Shown here piece by piece: positions 12,221-23,140 of a stretch of 64,000 nucleotides of DNA. Where the stretch lies: contig CBDANF010000002.1 in the NCBI GenBank assembly GCA_965197475.1, positions 1,433,507 through 1,497,506 of the forward strand. The letters are read 5' to 3'. The notes beneath the pieces are model-generated. The model saw only the letters and a list, made by a program, of their open reading frames with translations, did no database searches and was not told the origin of the DNA. How positions within the stretch are numbered: the stretch's first letter is position 1; each line of letters opens with the position of its first letter. Source of the DNA: Candidatus Poribacteria bacterium. GTDB taxonomy: Bacteria; Poribacteria; WGA-4E; WGA-3G. Both the position numbers and the translations under genes were made by a program.

Positions 12221-13468
12221 ATGCTTACCAAAGACCTACTCATATACAAAATTCAGAACGGACAAATCTATCCAAAATTTGTAGACCCCACCGATAACGG
12301 ATTGCTGGCGATTGCTGCGCAATTAATCGCTATTTTTGAAAAATCATCCGACAAGACACGTTCAACGTTATTAGAGGCAAGTAAACATATTATTGACAGT
12401 ACACCGGGCATCCTTATAGTCAAGCGTGGATTTGAAAAACTGCTGTTGGATCGGACAGAATTTGATACCGCGCCTAACGAAGAACTCATTGCATTTCGAC
12501 AAAAACTTTTCATGGAAACGAGTCAATTACTTTCACAAGAGCAGTTTCAAGATTATGCGGACTACCAGCAGAAAGTTTCACAGATAGCAGGAATCGAATC
12601 GCAATTACAGGGGGCGGAGTTAGGCGACAGACTTTATGCTGATTTGCCGAATTGTCAACCAGTGTTGTCTTTCAAAACACTTTCTGCTGAACACCTACTT
12701 CACCGCTACAACACCGCGCAAGTGCAAGGGTTGCTCCTACATTGCAACACCCTCACATTAAACCTCACCGATTCCATGACCGCCGAATTGCGTCAGCTGT
12801 TTAAGTATATTAGATTTCATCAGCTTCTGTGCACTATTCGGAAAGGGAAATTCGAAAGCGAAGATTTATTTCAGATTACAGTGGACGGACCGCTCAACCT
12901 ATTTTACAAAACGAAGCGGTACGGTATGAATTTAGCGAACTTCTTTGTTGCTGTGCTGCATCAATCCAAGTGGGAACTCACGGCGGATATTCAGTTTCGG
13001 AATAAACGGAGTTCTCGGTTATGCCTCAATGAGTCATGTGGGATAAAACCGATTTCACAACAATTTCTTGCCTATATTCCTGAAGATATTCAACTTTTTC
13101 AGGCGATGCTCCGTAACAAAACGGATGACTGGCAGATCCGTCCTGGAAGTCAGTTTCTCCCTTTACCGGGAGATTTCTATTGTTTCCCAGATTATCAATT
13201 GATTCATACCAATGGTGTGGAAGTAGCGATTGAATTATTTCACCCGTGGCACCAAGGACATCTCCTCGCCCGTCTTAACACGCTCGCTGAACACACTGAT
13301 ACACCCCTAATCCTCGGTGTTTCAAAGGAATTAGAGAAAAAACCGATGATCGCTGAGGCATTAGAGGCATCGGCATATTTCTCACGATTTGGCTTCACGT
13401 TCCGAGATATTCCGACAATGAGTGCATTGCTACCGATTCTGAATTCACTTATTGACATTGACCGTTAA
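12221..13468 (+). CDS. DUF790 / Bax1-like nuclease
   Basis: MLTKDLL start, YADL, RYNTAQVQGLL, DGPLNLF..T.RYG and PDY...IELFH.W; follows the XPB-like helicase. Confidence 0.8.
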   Translation: MLTKDLLIYKIQNGQIYPKFVDPTDNGLLAIAAQLIAIFEKSSDKTRSTLLEASKHIIDSTPGILIVKRGFEKLLLDRTEFDTAPNEELIAFRQKLFMETSQLLSQEQFQDYADYQQKVSQIAGIESQLQGAELGDRLYADLPNCQPVLSFKTLSAEHLLHRYNTAQVQGLLLHCNTLTLNLTDSMTAELRQLFKYIRFHQLLCTIRKGKFESEDLFQITVDGPLNLFYKTKRYGMNLANFFVAVLHQSKWELTADIQFRNKRSSRLCLNESCGIKPISQQFLAYIPEDIQLFQAMLRNKTDDWQIRPGSQFLPLPGDFYCFPDYQLIHTNGVEVAIELFHPWHQGHLLARLNTLAEHTDTPLILGVSKELEKKPMIAEALEASAYFSRFGFTFRDIPTMSALLPILNSLIDIDR

Positions 13469-13603
13469 GAAAACTACGAATTCAAGTTGAAGTATCGCAA
13501 TGCCATATCACACAATTGCTTTCAATAACTTTGTGTGTTATACTCTAAACATCTGGAAATACAAAGCTGAAATATTGTCAGACATTCTGGTGAGGCAGAC
13601 ACA

Positions 13604-14506
13604 ATGGCGCGAAACAAATGGAAAGATAGCGTTGTATATCTGGCTGTTTTGGGCTTTAGTTGGGTCTGTCGCATTATCCCCAGAAATTGGGCAATGTATC
13701 TCGGTAGTGCTATTGGCGAACTTCTCTATCGGATTCTCAAAAAACGGAGACAGATTGCGCTCAATAACTTGCAAATAGCCTTTGGAGACGACATAAAAGA
13801 AACACGCCGACATGAAATATGTAAAGCGAGTTTCATCAATTTCAGTAAAACAATAATTGAATTCATGCGTTTCCCGAAATTGGACGCAGAGAATATCTGG
13901 CGTGAAGTTAAAGTGCATGGTAGAGAACATCTCAATTCCACTTTGGCAGAAGGAAAAGGTGCGATTGTTTTTTTACCGCATTTTGGAAATTGGGAACTTC
14001 TCTCACTCATTTATGGTGCGCTCATCCCGAATCGAGCGAAAGCAATCGCTTTTCCGCTGAAAAACACACGATTGAATGCATACATTTGGCGTAATCGTGA
14101 ACTACTGAGTTTAGAATTAATTCCGCGAAAAAACGCGATTCGTTCAACCTTGCGTGCCCTTAAAAACAACGATGCAGTCGGTTTCTTTTCGGATCAGAAC
14201 GCCGGGGATCAAGGGGTATTCATCGATTTTTTTGGCAAACCTGCTTCTACGGCGCGGGGACCAGTGACACTCGCGCTTAAGACCGACACACCGATCCTTT
14301 TTTCATTGGATATCCGACAACCAGATGACCGACACCACGTCCATATTTCCCCACCCATCCATTTAGAACCTTCTGATGATTTTGAGCGGGATGTTGAATT
14401 ATACACAACCCTTTTAATGAAACAATTAGAAGAATACATTAAGAGATATCCGGAGCAGTGGCTTTGGATACACAATCGATGGAAAACACAACCAAATCCG
14501 AATTGA
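13604..14506 (+). CDS. Lipid A lauroyl-type acyltransferase (LpxL/HtrB family)
   Basis: HFGNWE, DQ..G, FFG and PEQWLWIHNRWK motifs. Confidence 0.9.
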   Translation: MARNKWKDSVVYLAVLGFSWVCRIIPRNWAMYLGSAIGELLYRILKKRRQIALNNLQIAFGDDIKETRRHEICKASFINFSKTIIEFMRFPKLDAENIWREVKVHGREHLNSTLAEGKGAIVFLPHFGNWELLSLIYGALIPNRAKAIAFPLKNTRLNAYIWRNRELLSLELIPRKNAIRSTLRALKNNDAVGFFSDQNAGDQGVFIDFFGKPASTARGPVTLALKTDTPILFSLDIRQPDDRHHVHISPPIHLEPSDDFERDVELYTTLLMKQLEEYIKRYPEQWLWIHNRWKTQPNPN

Positions 14507-14652
14507 CAGGAAAAAGAAAAAGTCGCTATCAGGCGGCATAGGGCTTTTCGTAAATTTGCGTTGCACTAATGTAGGAATTGTGTTAAAATACACAGACGCA
14601 AAAATACAGTCTGTGAACATTGAACCGAATTTAACCGCAGTGGGGTACTCTC

Positions 14653-16197
14653 ATGAAAAGATTCACTTTGTCCTTCATCGTTTTAGTTATCGCTATCGGG
14701 CTCCCGTTGCTTATTATTCACTCCAGTGAAAAATATGCGACGAGTGATGATGAACAAATCACCCAGACGCTGAATAAAGCACTCACGAAAGCTATTGACA
14801 CCGCCGAAGAAAATTACTATAAACCGATAGATAGAAATGCAATGTATCAAGGGGCAATCAAAGGCGCACTCGCTGCAATTGGTGATCCATATACCTATCT
14901 TCTATCAGAGCGCGACCATCAACGTTCTGTCGAAAATCTATACAATGCTAATTTCGGTGGACTCGGAGTACAGATTTACCCCGATCATCGCGGTTTTATA
15001 AAAATATCTAAGCCAATACCGGGCACCCCCGCAGATTCGGCGCATCTACAAGCGGGCGATTACATCACTAAAGTTGATGGGAAGCAAATTTATTTGGGTG
15101 AAAGAACAGGTATGACTCTGGACGATGTGGTTGATTTACTTCGTGGGACTGTGGATTCTGATGTCACAATTACCGTGCAACGTAAGTTCCTTGAGCCGTT
15201 TGATGTGAAACTGACCCGAGCCAAAATTTCAGTACCGAGTGTTACAACTACAATGTTGGATGACGGAATCGGTTATATCCAAATCACCAAATTCATCGGA
15301 ACAGATCGGGTTGGCGGCACAGAGGAACAATTCAACAAAGCACTCGCAGCACATAAAGAAGCTGGAATGAAGGCACTAATTTTGGATTTACGAAGCAATC
15401 AGGGTGGGTTACTTGACGCTGCTTATCACATTGCCGATGCATTCATCAACCAAGGCGTTATCGTCTCAACAAAGGGTAGAAAAAACGAGTTTGATGAGGA
15501 ATATCCTGCTCACCCCGAAATTCTGTGTGATCCAAAGATTCCGCTTGTAGTCCTCGTTGATGAATACAGCGCAAGTGCTTCAGAAATTGTTGCTGGTGCA
15601 ATTAAGGATACCGGTCGTGGCATCCTGGTTGGCACCCAAACCTACGGAAAAGGTGTTGTCCAAAAAAGATATCCTTTGACAGGTATCGGAGCAATCTCAC
15701 TCACCATCTCATCTTATTATACACCTAACGGGACCTCAATAGACAAATCGGGAATCACGCCACACGTCCCTGTCACTGAACAGCAACCTGAAAGAATCGA
15801 ACAGATGATGCAGCGGCTTGTCGCAGAAAAAAATGCTGTTGAGAATTTTGTTACTAATTGGATTGAAACAGAGGTCAAACGTACTAGGGAAATCCCTAAG
15901 GATTTCGGAGGGCTTGAGGCAGAACTACCACAATTTAGGCAAAAACTTGCAGACGATGGATTCCGTGTTAGTTTACGATGGTTGACAATACGCGCTGAAC
16001 AACTGTTTAACATCCATGTTGGTATTGAGCGGATTGTGAATTTAAAACATGATACACAACTGCTGGAAGCAATTCGTATCATTAAGGCAGATGAGGTAGG
16101 AAAGACTATTCAGTTATACCGGACCATTGATCAGCTGTTGAAGTTTATGGGACAAGAATTGCAAGCCCTGGCACACGCTTCTGGACACAAAAATTGA
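14653..16197 (+). CDS. ctpA: C-terminal processing protease, S41 family with PDZ domain
   Basis: GDPYT, DLRSNQGG, SASASEIVAGA and TYGKGVVQ motifs. Confidence 0.9.
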   Translation: MKRFTLSFIVLVIAIGLPLLIIHSSEKYATSDDEQITQTLNKALTKAIDTAEENYYKPIDRNAMYQGAIKGALAAIGDPYTYLLSERDHQRSVENLYNANFGGLGVQIYPDHRGFIKISKPIPGTPADSAHLQAGDYITKVDGKQIYLGERTGMTLDDVVDLLRGTVDSDVTITVQRKFLEPFDVKLTRAKISVPSVTTTMLDDGIGYIQITKFIGTDRVGGTEEQFNKALAAHKEAGMKALILDLRSNQGGLLDAAYHIADAFINQGVIVSTKGRKNEFDEEYPAHPEILCDPKIPLVVLVDEYSASASEIVAGAIKDTGRGILVGTQTYGKGVVQKRYPLTGIGAISLTISSYYTPNGTSIDKSGITPHVPVTEQQPERIEQMMQRLVAEKNAVENFVTNWIETEVKRTREIPKDFGGLEAELPQFRQKLADDGFRVSLRWLTIRAEQLFNIHVGIERIVNLKHDTQLLEAIRIIKADEVGKTIQLYRTIDQLLKFMGQELQALAHASGHKN

Positions 16198-16199
16198 AA

Positions 16200-16293
16200 C
16201 TATAGTAGATCTGTAATTATTGGGACATCATTAACAGCGCGCTTGAAAAGCGTGCCTACCGAGAAAGATCCACATATTTCAAATTTGACTATA
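16200..16293. repeat. TATA-flanked short element containing a REP-like palindrome
   Basis: tatagtaga...ttgactata ends; gcgcgcttgaaaagcgtgc resembles 55709-55727. Confidence 0.45.
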
Positions 16294-16358
16294 TGCTAAT
16301 TACGGTAGTAACTTGAAACATGCATTTCCGCTGAATTTGATCCCCTTGCAAAAAATTA

Positions 16359-18290
16359 ATGAATCAGCAACCCTTGCATCCTACCGGGGTAATCACCAAA
16401 AAAGCGATAATTGTTGGCTTAATCCTCGTCATCGTTAATGCATACTGGGTCGGAATAGCCAGTGAACTCTGGTACGCAGTCTACACACTTGTTTCCCCTT
16501 TTTCTAATGCGGTTTTTACGCTGGTAGTGCTACTCGCGCTGAATGTTATCCTCCGTAAAATCTCATCACGTTTCGCTTTCACACCCGCCGAACTCTTACT
16601 AATCTATATTATGGTGACGATGGTCTCCACCATTTCTGGACATGCGATGATGGCAATCCTGATGGGGATTTTGGCACACCCTTTCTGGTTCGCGAGCACC
16701 GAAAATGAGTGGGCACAACTCTTTTTGCACCATATTCCTCAATGGCTTACGGTGCATGAACCCGAATGGTTAGCTGGTTATTATGAGGGTGAATCAAGCA
16801 TCTATTTATCGGAGCATCTCCGTGTATGGACAAAGCCAGTTCTTATCTGGTCAAGCTTTATCTTTCTTCTTTATGGATCGTTGCTCTGTTTGGGACTGCT
16901 GCTTCGGAAACAGTGGATGGAACGGGAAAAATTAAGTTTTCCATTAACACAGTTGCCATTACAAATGACAACGAACCGTAGTTTTTTCAGTTCGCGTGCG
17001 CTTTGGATAGGGTTCGGAATTGCTGCCCTGCTCCGCGTACTGGCAGGCTTGCATGACCTATTTCCTATAATACCAGCATTTCCATCAAGTTACCGACTTG
17101 ATAGACATCTTACAGACAAACCGTGGAATGCTGTCGGCTATGTCTCTATGTCCTTCAACCTCGCTATTGTTGGATTGACCTATTTTATGCCGCTTGACCT
17201 CGCATTCTCCACGTGGTTTTTCTTTTGGCTTACACGCGCAGAACGGGTGATTGCGAGTGCCGTAGGCTTATCGAATATCAGCAAACTTCACCTTAATGAC
17301 CGCGCATCGGGGGCTTGGATTGGTATTGCTGTGCTGACTTTATGGATGGGGCGCAGACATCTCATTAGGTTTTTCAAACATGTTGCGGGGATTGAACGAG
17401 GCGATGATGCAAGCGAACCTCTCTCCTATAGAACCACAGCAGTTCTTGCTATTCTCAGCGTAGGCGCAGTGTTTGCTTTCTGCTATATTGCCGGAATGTC
17501 GTTATGGGTTATTGGTATCTTTTACATGCTATTCGTAGCGTTCGCCTTAGCAATCGGACGCGTTCGTGCTGAATTGGGACCGCCTTATCATGAGGTGATT
17601 GGCATTAATCCGCGCCAAATGATGGTGAATACATTTGGTTCACGCAGCTTGGGCGCAGCAAACCTCACCGTGATGACATTCCTATACGCTTTCAACCGTT
17701 GCAACCGTTCACATCCGATGCCGAACCAGATTGAATCGCTCCGAATTGGGGATCAGGCAAAGATTCCCGGCAAAACTTTGCTTTTAAGCATGGCACTTGC
17801 TATCGGTGTTGGAGCACTTGCCACGTTTTGGACATATCTGCAGGTGGCTTATAACTACGGTGTGCTTGCACGGTGTCAAGGTCATGTTGGGCATTTTGGA
17901 TGGGAGAGTTTTAATCCGCTGCAAAGTTGGTTACAACATCCAAAGGAGGCGAATGTGAGTGCGATTGCATTTATGGGAGCAGGTTTCGGTTTTGTCTTCC
18001 TACTCAATTTTTTGCGCACCCGTCTCCTATGGTGGACACTGCACCCATCAGGGTACGTTCTTTCCGGTGCTTCGTGGGGCGGTCTCATCTACTTTTGGTT
18101 TCCTGTTATGGTCAGTTGGTTTATTAAGTTCATGATTTTGCGATTCTCAGGCTGGCAAACCTATCGCAAGGCAATACCATTTTTCCTCGGATTGGTTTTA
18201 GGCGATTTTGTGCCGCGAAGCGTCCTGAGTTTAATTAGTTTTGCGATGAATCTCTATATGCCCTCTTCTGGCGCAGGGCATTCCCTTTAG
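16359..18290 (+). CDS. Polytopic membrane protein, putative transporter (DUF6784/DUF6785-like)
   Basis: Many TM segments; LRKQW.E.E.L.FP..QLP, R.RAE.GPP and PFFLGL.LGD shared with the paralogue at 46814. Confidence 0.7.
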   Translation: MNQQPLHPTGVITKKAIIVGLILVIVNAYWVGIASELWYAVYTLVSPFSNAVFTLVVLLALNVILRKISSRFAFTPAELLLIYIMVTMVSTISGHAMMAILMGILAHPFWFASTENEWAQLFLHHIPQWLTVHEPEWLAGYYEGESSIYLSEHLRVWTKPVLIWSSFIFLLYGSLLCLGLLLRKQWMEREKLSFPLTQLPLQMTTNRSFFSSRALWIGFGIAALLRVLAGLHDLFPIIPAFPSSYRLDRHLTDKPWNAVGYVSMSFNLAIVGLTYFMPLDLAFSTWFFFWLTRAERVIASAVGLSNISKLHLNDRASGAWIGIAVLTLWMGRRHLIRFFKHVAGIERGDDASEPLSYRTTAVLAILSVGAVFAFCYIAGMSLWVIGIFYMLFVAFALAIGRVRAELGPPYHEVIGINPRQMMVNTFGSRSLGAANLTVMTFLYAFNRCNRSHPMPNQIESLRIGDQAKIPGKTLLLSMALAIGVGALATFWTYLQVAYNYGVLARCQGHVGHFGWESFNPLQSWLQHPKEANVSAIAFMGAGFGFVFLLNFLRTRLLWWTLHPSGYVLSGASWGGLIYFWFPVMVSWFIKFMILRFSGWQTYRKAIPFFLGLVLGDFVPRSVLSLISFAMNLYMPSSGAGHSL

Positions 18291-18316
18291 CCCTAAAAGT
18301 ACGCTATAATGGAAAT

Positions 18317-19360
18317 ATGATATCACTATTAACTGTCAAATCCATAACAAAACAGTTTGCAGCAACACCTATTGTGACGGATGTTAGTTTTGAGGTCTAT
18401 CCGGGGGAAATCTTTGCGCTTTTAGGTGCCAGCGGTTGTGGAAAGACAACCACTTTGCGCTTAATTGCAGGATTTGAAAAAGCGGATGCTGGCACAATTT
18501 CAATGGCAGATCGCGTTCTTGAAGACGAGGAGATACACATTCCGCCAGAATCACGTGAAATAGGGTTTGTCTTTCAAGATTATGCGCTTTTTCCTGACAA
18601 AAATGTTCTGGAAAATGCAGCCTTCGGACTTAGTCGGAAAATGCCGAAAAAAGAACGGCACAAGAGTGCTTTGGATACCCTTGAGCGAGTGGGCATCGCG
18701 CACCTACACGCACGGATGCCGCATCATCTCTCATGCGGTGAACAGCAACGGGTCGCTTTAGCGCGTTCACTTGCAACGCAACCGAAGCTGCTACTATTAG
18801 ACGAACCTTTTTCAAGTCTTGATGCTGGGCTACGTCAGGCAACGCGGGAAGAGGTGCGAGGTTTGTTAAAAGCCGCTGGGATTAGCGTAGTTTTGGTGAC
18901 CCACGATCAAGAAGAAGCGTTGAGTTTTGCCAAAAGGGTTGCCGTAATGAACAACGGCACGATTGAACAGATTGGCACTCCTGAAGATGTATACCGACAC
19001 CCAAAAACTGTATATGTCGCGAATTTTTTGGGAAAAACGAATATCATTGAAACAGACATCAGAAACGGTGTTGCTGAAACGCCCTTCGGATCGTTGGAGA
19101 TAGATTTTCCAGACACAACGCAGGCTCTTCTCTCAATCCGTCCGGAACATTTTACTATAGAGAAATATGTCTCCGATTCCAGCGATGGAAGCTCTGGACG
19201 TATCGTTGCCCGAGAATTCAAAGGACATGATTTTACCTACCGTGTTGAGGTAGAAGGTAAACCTTATTTCGTTCAAACTGACTATCAGCGGCACTTCCAA
19301 GTAGGCGATGCCGTTACATTAAAACCGATTGAAGCGGTTATTATTAAGGACAAAGACTGA
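18317..19360 (+). CDS. ABC transporter ATP-binding subunit (FbpC/PotA-like)
   Basis: GASGCGKTT, VFQDYALFP, LSCGEQQRVALAR, LLLDEP and a TOBE-like C-terminus. Confidence 0.92.
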   Translation: MISLLTVKSITKQFAATPIVTDVSFEVYPGEIFALLGASGCGKTTTLRLIAGFEKADAGTISMADRVLEDEEIHIPPESREIGFVFQDYALFPDKNVLENAAFGLSRKMPKKERHKSALDTLERVGIAHLHARMPHHLSCGEQQRVALARSLATQPKLLLLDEPFSSLDAGLRQATREEVRGLLKAAGISVVLVTHDQEEALSFAKRVAVMNNGTIEQIGTPEDVYRHPKTVYVANFLGKTNIIETDIRNGVAETPFGSLEIDFPDTTQALLSIRPEHFTIEKYVSDSSDGSSGRIVAREFKGHDFTYRVEVEGKPYFVQTDYQRHFQVGDAVTLKPIEAVIIKDKD

Positions 19361-19362
19361 TT

Positions 19363-19540
19363 TCGCTTTTTGTTAGCGGTTTTTGAGGGATTTTTATAAA
19401 AAATGAACTTTTAACTTGATTTTTTTTTTGCAATTTTGTATATTTTATGTTAATCGTATAAAAGCACCTATTTACAAAGGTGTCATGACAAAATGTGATG
19501 GGAATTTGATCTATTTTCTAATCAAATTTGGAGGTGTAAA
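19363..19540 (+). promoter_or_regulatory. Repeated array promoter, copy 1 (T10, 17-bp spacer)
   Basis: TTGATT 19416-19421, TATATT 19439-19444 and GGAGG RBS; the block recurs four more times in the array. Confidence 0.65.
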
Positions 19541-20281
19541 ATGATTCGGGATATTCTAATCAACAGATGGTTTCTCGGCGGATGCGGATTCCTGATCCTT
19601 CTCTCAATTGGCTGCTACTTCTGGTATCAGAACTATATAGAACCTTACCGCATAGATGCAGCAGCGTCTGCCGAGATGCTCCGTCAATGGGAACAATACA
19701 AAACTGTGAAGAAAAACTTCCGTAAGGAAAACGGCCAGACACCAAAAGAGGGTGAACCGGATGTTTCCGATGAAACTGCTAAAGAGAACAACATTATAGC
19801 GGAAACAGAGAATGTTCCTGAAGTAGAAAACATTGCGAAAGTTAGTGTATCCCCTCACGGATTTGGACCTTATCCTGAATTACCTGAAGAATGGAAAGCA
19901 GCAGTTGCAAGACGGGGCGAACCCTTTTTTTGGGACCCCAAAGACCCTAACGGGGAATTGATGCTACGCGTGCAGGCAAAACTTTTGCACCAAGGCATAC
20001 CCGCCGTAGGTTCAATGATGGATAACGATAACGGTTTAGTATACCCGATAATCAAAGGTATCCGATATGTTGAATTTGAGTGGTCCGGTTTTCGGAGATA
20101 TATCACAACCTCAATCGGCACACCTGAGGATGGTAACCGCCTACGCGCCATCAAAAAAGCGATAGGGCGGCCTCTAACTGCAGCAGACGTGCCACCAGAC
20201 ATCATACTGGTACCTTACGAAGAAGCAGGAATTGACCCGTATACATTTTTAGATTTACCAGGGCTTACGCAAATTGAGTAG
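19541..20281 (+). CDS. Array family A membrane-anchored protein, variant alpha
   Basis: MIRDILINRWFLGGCGFL TM anchor, VSPHGFGPYPELP and GIDPYTFLDLP; the last residues GLTQIE come from the inserted MITE. Confidence 0.85.
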   Translation: MIRDILINRWFLGGCGFLILLSIGCYFWYQNYIEPYRIDAAASAEMLRQWEQYKTVKKNFRKENGQTPKEGEPDVSDETAKENNIIAETENVPEVENIAKVSVSPHGFGPYPELPEEWKAAVARRGEPFFWDPKDPNGELMLRVQAKLLHQGIPAVGSMMDNDNGLVYPIIKGIRYVEFEWSGFRRYITTSIGTPEDGNRLRAIKKAIGRPLTAADVPPDIILVPYEEAGIDPYTFLDLPGLTQIE

Positions 20282-20377
20282 AAAAAGGACATATTGGACT
20301 TAAAAAGTCGTTATTTCGGTATTTTAACCCCTAAATCCCCCTCATCAAGGGGACTTTTGAATCTATTGCGTAATCCT
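20260..20377. mobile_element. AGGACTTACGCA-type MITE, copy 2
   Basis: Homologous to 2748-2846; replaces the family A stop codon. Confidence 0.75.
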
Positions 20378-20431
20378 AATTTACTATAAAGTGAATTCGA
20401 TCTATTCTCTAATCAAATTTGGAGGTATAAG

Positions 20432-21154
20432 ATGATTCGTGATACCTTAACCAACAGACGGTTCCTCGGCGGATGCGGATTCTTGATCCTTCTCTCAATT
20501 GGCTGCTACTTCTGGTATCAGAACTATATAGAACCTTACCGCATAGATGCAGCAGCATCCGAGGAGATGCTCCACCAATGGGAAACAACCCAAAAAGCAT
20601 CGGACGCATCAAACACCGATTCTATCAAAACCGAGACTACTAACAGGTCATCTAATTCTACCAACCCTGTGTCAGAAAACATAGACAACAGTCCGTCACA
20701 AAAGGCTGCGTCGGTGGCGAAAACGGGCACAGACGTTCCAGTTTCACCTTACGGATTTGGTCCCTATCCTGAAGTACCCTCAGATTTCCCGGGTATCATC
20801 AGTTGGAACGATCCCGAAGGTCAAGCAAACCTGCCTGATCATGCGAATAAAAACATTGAACTCATAGAAAGAGTTCTTATAAAGTTATGGAAACAAGGCG
20901 ATAAAAGTTTCCGCGGTGGAAGTACCTATAATGGCAAAGTTTATCCTCATTATAATAACACTGTTTATGTCCTTTACGACGAGTATGAATTACCGGATGG
21001 GACAATGCAACGGTATCCTGCGTACGCAAAATCAGGACCTCAGGTTATTTACAGCACGGCGGACCTTTTAAACCCACCAGCTCACCTTCGTATTTTAGAC
21101 TTAGATTCTTCTGGGATTGATCCATATCAATTCCTAAATCTACCTCAAGATTAG
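20432..21154 (+). CDS. Array family A protein, variant beta
   Basis: N-terminus nearly identical to alpha, stalk similar to the 28783 copy, distinct C-domain ending GIDPYQFLNLP. Confidence 0.85.
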   Translation: MIRDTLTNRRFLGGCGFLILLSIGCYFWYQNYIEPYRIDAAASEEMLHQWETTQKASDASNTDSIKTETTNRSSNSTNPVSENIDNSPSQKAASVAKTGTDVPVSPYGFGPYPEVPSDFPGIISWNDPEGQANLPDHANKNIELIERVLIKLWKQGDKSFRGGSTYNGKVYPHYNNTVYVLYDEYELPDGTMQRYPAYAKSGPQVIYSTADLLNPPAHLRILDLDSSGIDPYQFLNLPQD

Positions 21155-21163
21155 GAGAAAAAA

Positions 21164-21910
21164 ATGCATATATTCTATACTACAAGAAGTAACACCGTTA
21201 GACTTTGTTGTCTGACTCTTTTGGTAATATTTGTTGCCGTAGTTTTGTTTACGCTTCAAGGTGAAACAGAAGATTTTCCTTCAAACGATGAAATCCCAGC
21301 AAGTATATACGGGGATAGCCATGGAAATAAAGAACTGTTACCCATGCGTGTCGGAAAAGTTTTTTGGTCACGTACATACGTTCACTGCCATGCACTTGCT
21401 TATGCTCACTGGAGCCGCCGCGGTTTTCATGACGTTCAGGCATATACAGGCCGAGCTGATATGGGTCGGTTTCCTTTTATTAGAAAACATAGAGATAAGA
21501 AGACAGCTTATTTTAGGAATGGGTGTCGGGCAATCGCAGATCTTGACGTATCCTACCATCTAATAGGGCCCAATAAGGTGCAGTGGATTGCCTCGTATCG
21601 TATTTGGGATCAAACAGGCGCAAAAATTGGACAGGTAAACCGCCAAGGGTTAGGTTATCCCCTTGAAGACGATATGAATCTTCCTGAAGGGGACATGGGT
21701 GATGCAGGAGGTAGTGGCAACGTTAGATTAGCCACAACTACAGGATACGAAGTCACTGCAGGAACTGCACACGAAGCGAGTATTACCACAGATGCACCGT
21801 ATTATTCAATTATTTGGTCTATAACAAGTCCAGGTCAAACCGAACCAGATACGGTTGCAGAAACCGACCAGGGAGACGGAACTACAACAGAGGCGAAGAC
21901 GATGATTTAA
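21164..21910 (+). pseudogene. Array family B secreted protein, truncated by fusion to a family A tail
   Basis: Signal-like N-terminus; AGTAHEASITTDAPY...ETDQGDGTTTEA matches the repeat domain of 29523; from 21885 the DNA matches 29394 onward. Confidence 0.75.
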
Positions 21911-21992
21911 CTGAGGCAGATATACCACCGGATATCAAATTGGTCCCTTACGAAGAAGCTGGAATTGACCCATATACATTTTTAGATTTACC

Positions 21993-22110
21993 AGGACTTA
22001 CGCAAATTGAGTAGAAAGAAGGACATATTGGACTTAAAAAGTCGTTATTTCGGTATTTTAACCCCTAATCCCCCTCATCAAGGGGACTTTTGAATCTATT
22101 GCGTAATCCT
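21993..22110. mobile_element. AGGACTTACGCA-type MITE, copy 3
   Basis: Same position relative to the family A tail as copy 2, so duplicated with it. Confidence 0.75.
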
Positions 22111-22173
22111 AATTTATTATAAAGTGAATTCGATCTATTCCCCGATTCAAATTTAAAATGTGGAGGTTTTTAG

Positions 22174-22899
22174 ATGATTCGCGATATCTTAATCAACAAA
22201 TGGTTTCTCGGCGGATGCGGATTCCTGATCCTTCTCTCAATTGGCTGCTACTTCTGGTATCAGAACTATATAGAACCTTACCGCATAGATGCAGCAGCGT
22301 CTGCCGAGATGCTCCGTCAATGGGAACAATACAAAACTGTGAAGAAAAACTTCCGTAAGGAAAACGGCCAGACACCAAAAGAGGGTGAACCGGATGTTTC
22401 CGATGAAACTGCTAAAGAGAACAACATTATAGCGGAAACAGAGAATGTTCCTGAAGTAGAAAACATTGCGAAAGTTAGTGTATCCCCTCACGGATTTGGA
22501 CCTTATCCTGAATTACCTGAAGAATGGAAAGCAGCAGTTGCAAGACGGGGCGAACCCTTTTTTTGGGACCCCAAAGACCCTAACGGGGAATTGATGCTAC
22601 GCGTGCAGGCAAAACTTTTGCACCAAGGCATACCCGCCGTAGGTTCAATGATGGATAACGATAACGGTTTAGTATACCCGATAATCAAAGGTATCCGATA
22701 TGTTGAATTTGAGTGGTCCGGTTTTCGGAGATATATCACAACCTCAATCGGCACACCTGAGGATGGTAACCGCCTACGCGCCATCAAAAAAGCGATAGGG
22801 CGGCCTCTAACTGCAGCAGACGTGCCACCAGACATCATACTGGTACCTTACGAAGAAGCAGGAATTGACCCGTATACATTTTTAGATTTACCAAAATAG
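22174..22899 (+). CDS. Array family A protein, near-identical duplicate of alpha
   Basis: Protein identical to 19541 except R9K and the native LPK end. Confidence 0.88.
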   Translation: MIRDILINKWFLGGCGFLILLSIGCYFWYQNYIEPYRIDAAASAEMLRQWEQYKTVKKNFRKENGQTPKEGEPDVSDETAKENNIIAETENVPEVENIAKVSVSPHGFGPYPELPEEWKAAVARRGEPFFWDPKDPNGELMLRVQAKLLHQGIPAVGSMMDNDNGLVYPIIKGIRYVEFEWSGFRRYITTSIGTPEDGNRLRAIKKAIGRPLTAADVPPDIILVPYEEAGIDPYTFLDLPK

Positions 22900-23035
22900 G
22901 GAGGAAAAGCATGTTTTACCGTATATTTTGGCTATCACCAGTCAACTATCGGCTTTTTGTTAGCGGTTTTGAGGAATTTTTATAAAAATGAATTTTTAAC
23001 TTGATTTTTTTTGGGCATATTTTAGTATAATGTAT
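22900..23035 (+). promoter_or_regulatory. Family B stub plus array promoter, copy 2 (T8, divergent 3' half)
   Basis: RBS and ATGTTTTACCGTATATTTTGG stub at 22911, TTGATT 23001 and TATAAT 23026 (19-bp spacer). Confidence 0.55.
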
Positions 23036-23140
23036 GAAAATGGTAAGCAAACCTGCATTATAGAAGTTTATACCTGGAAACTCCCTTGTCCGCTGGACGC
23101 AGCGAAATATAAGTACCACCAAGGAATAAGGAGGATGCTC

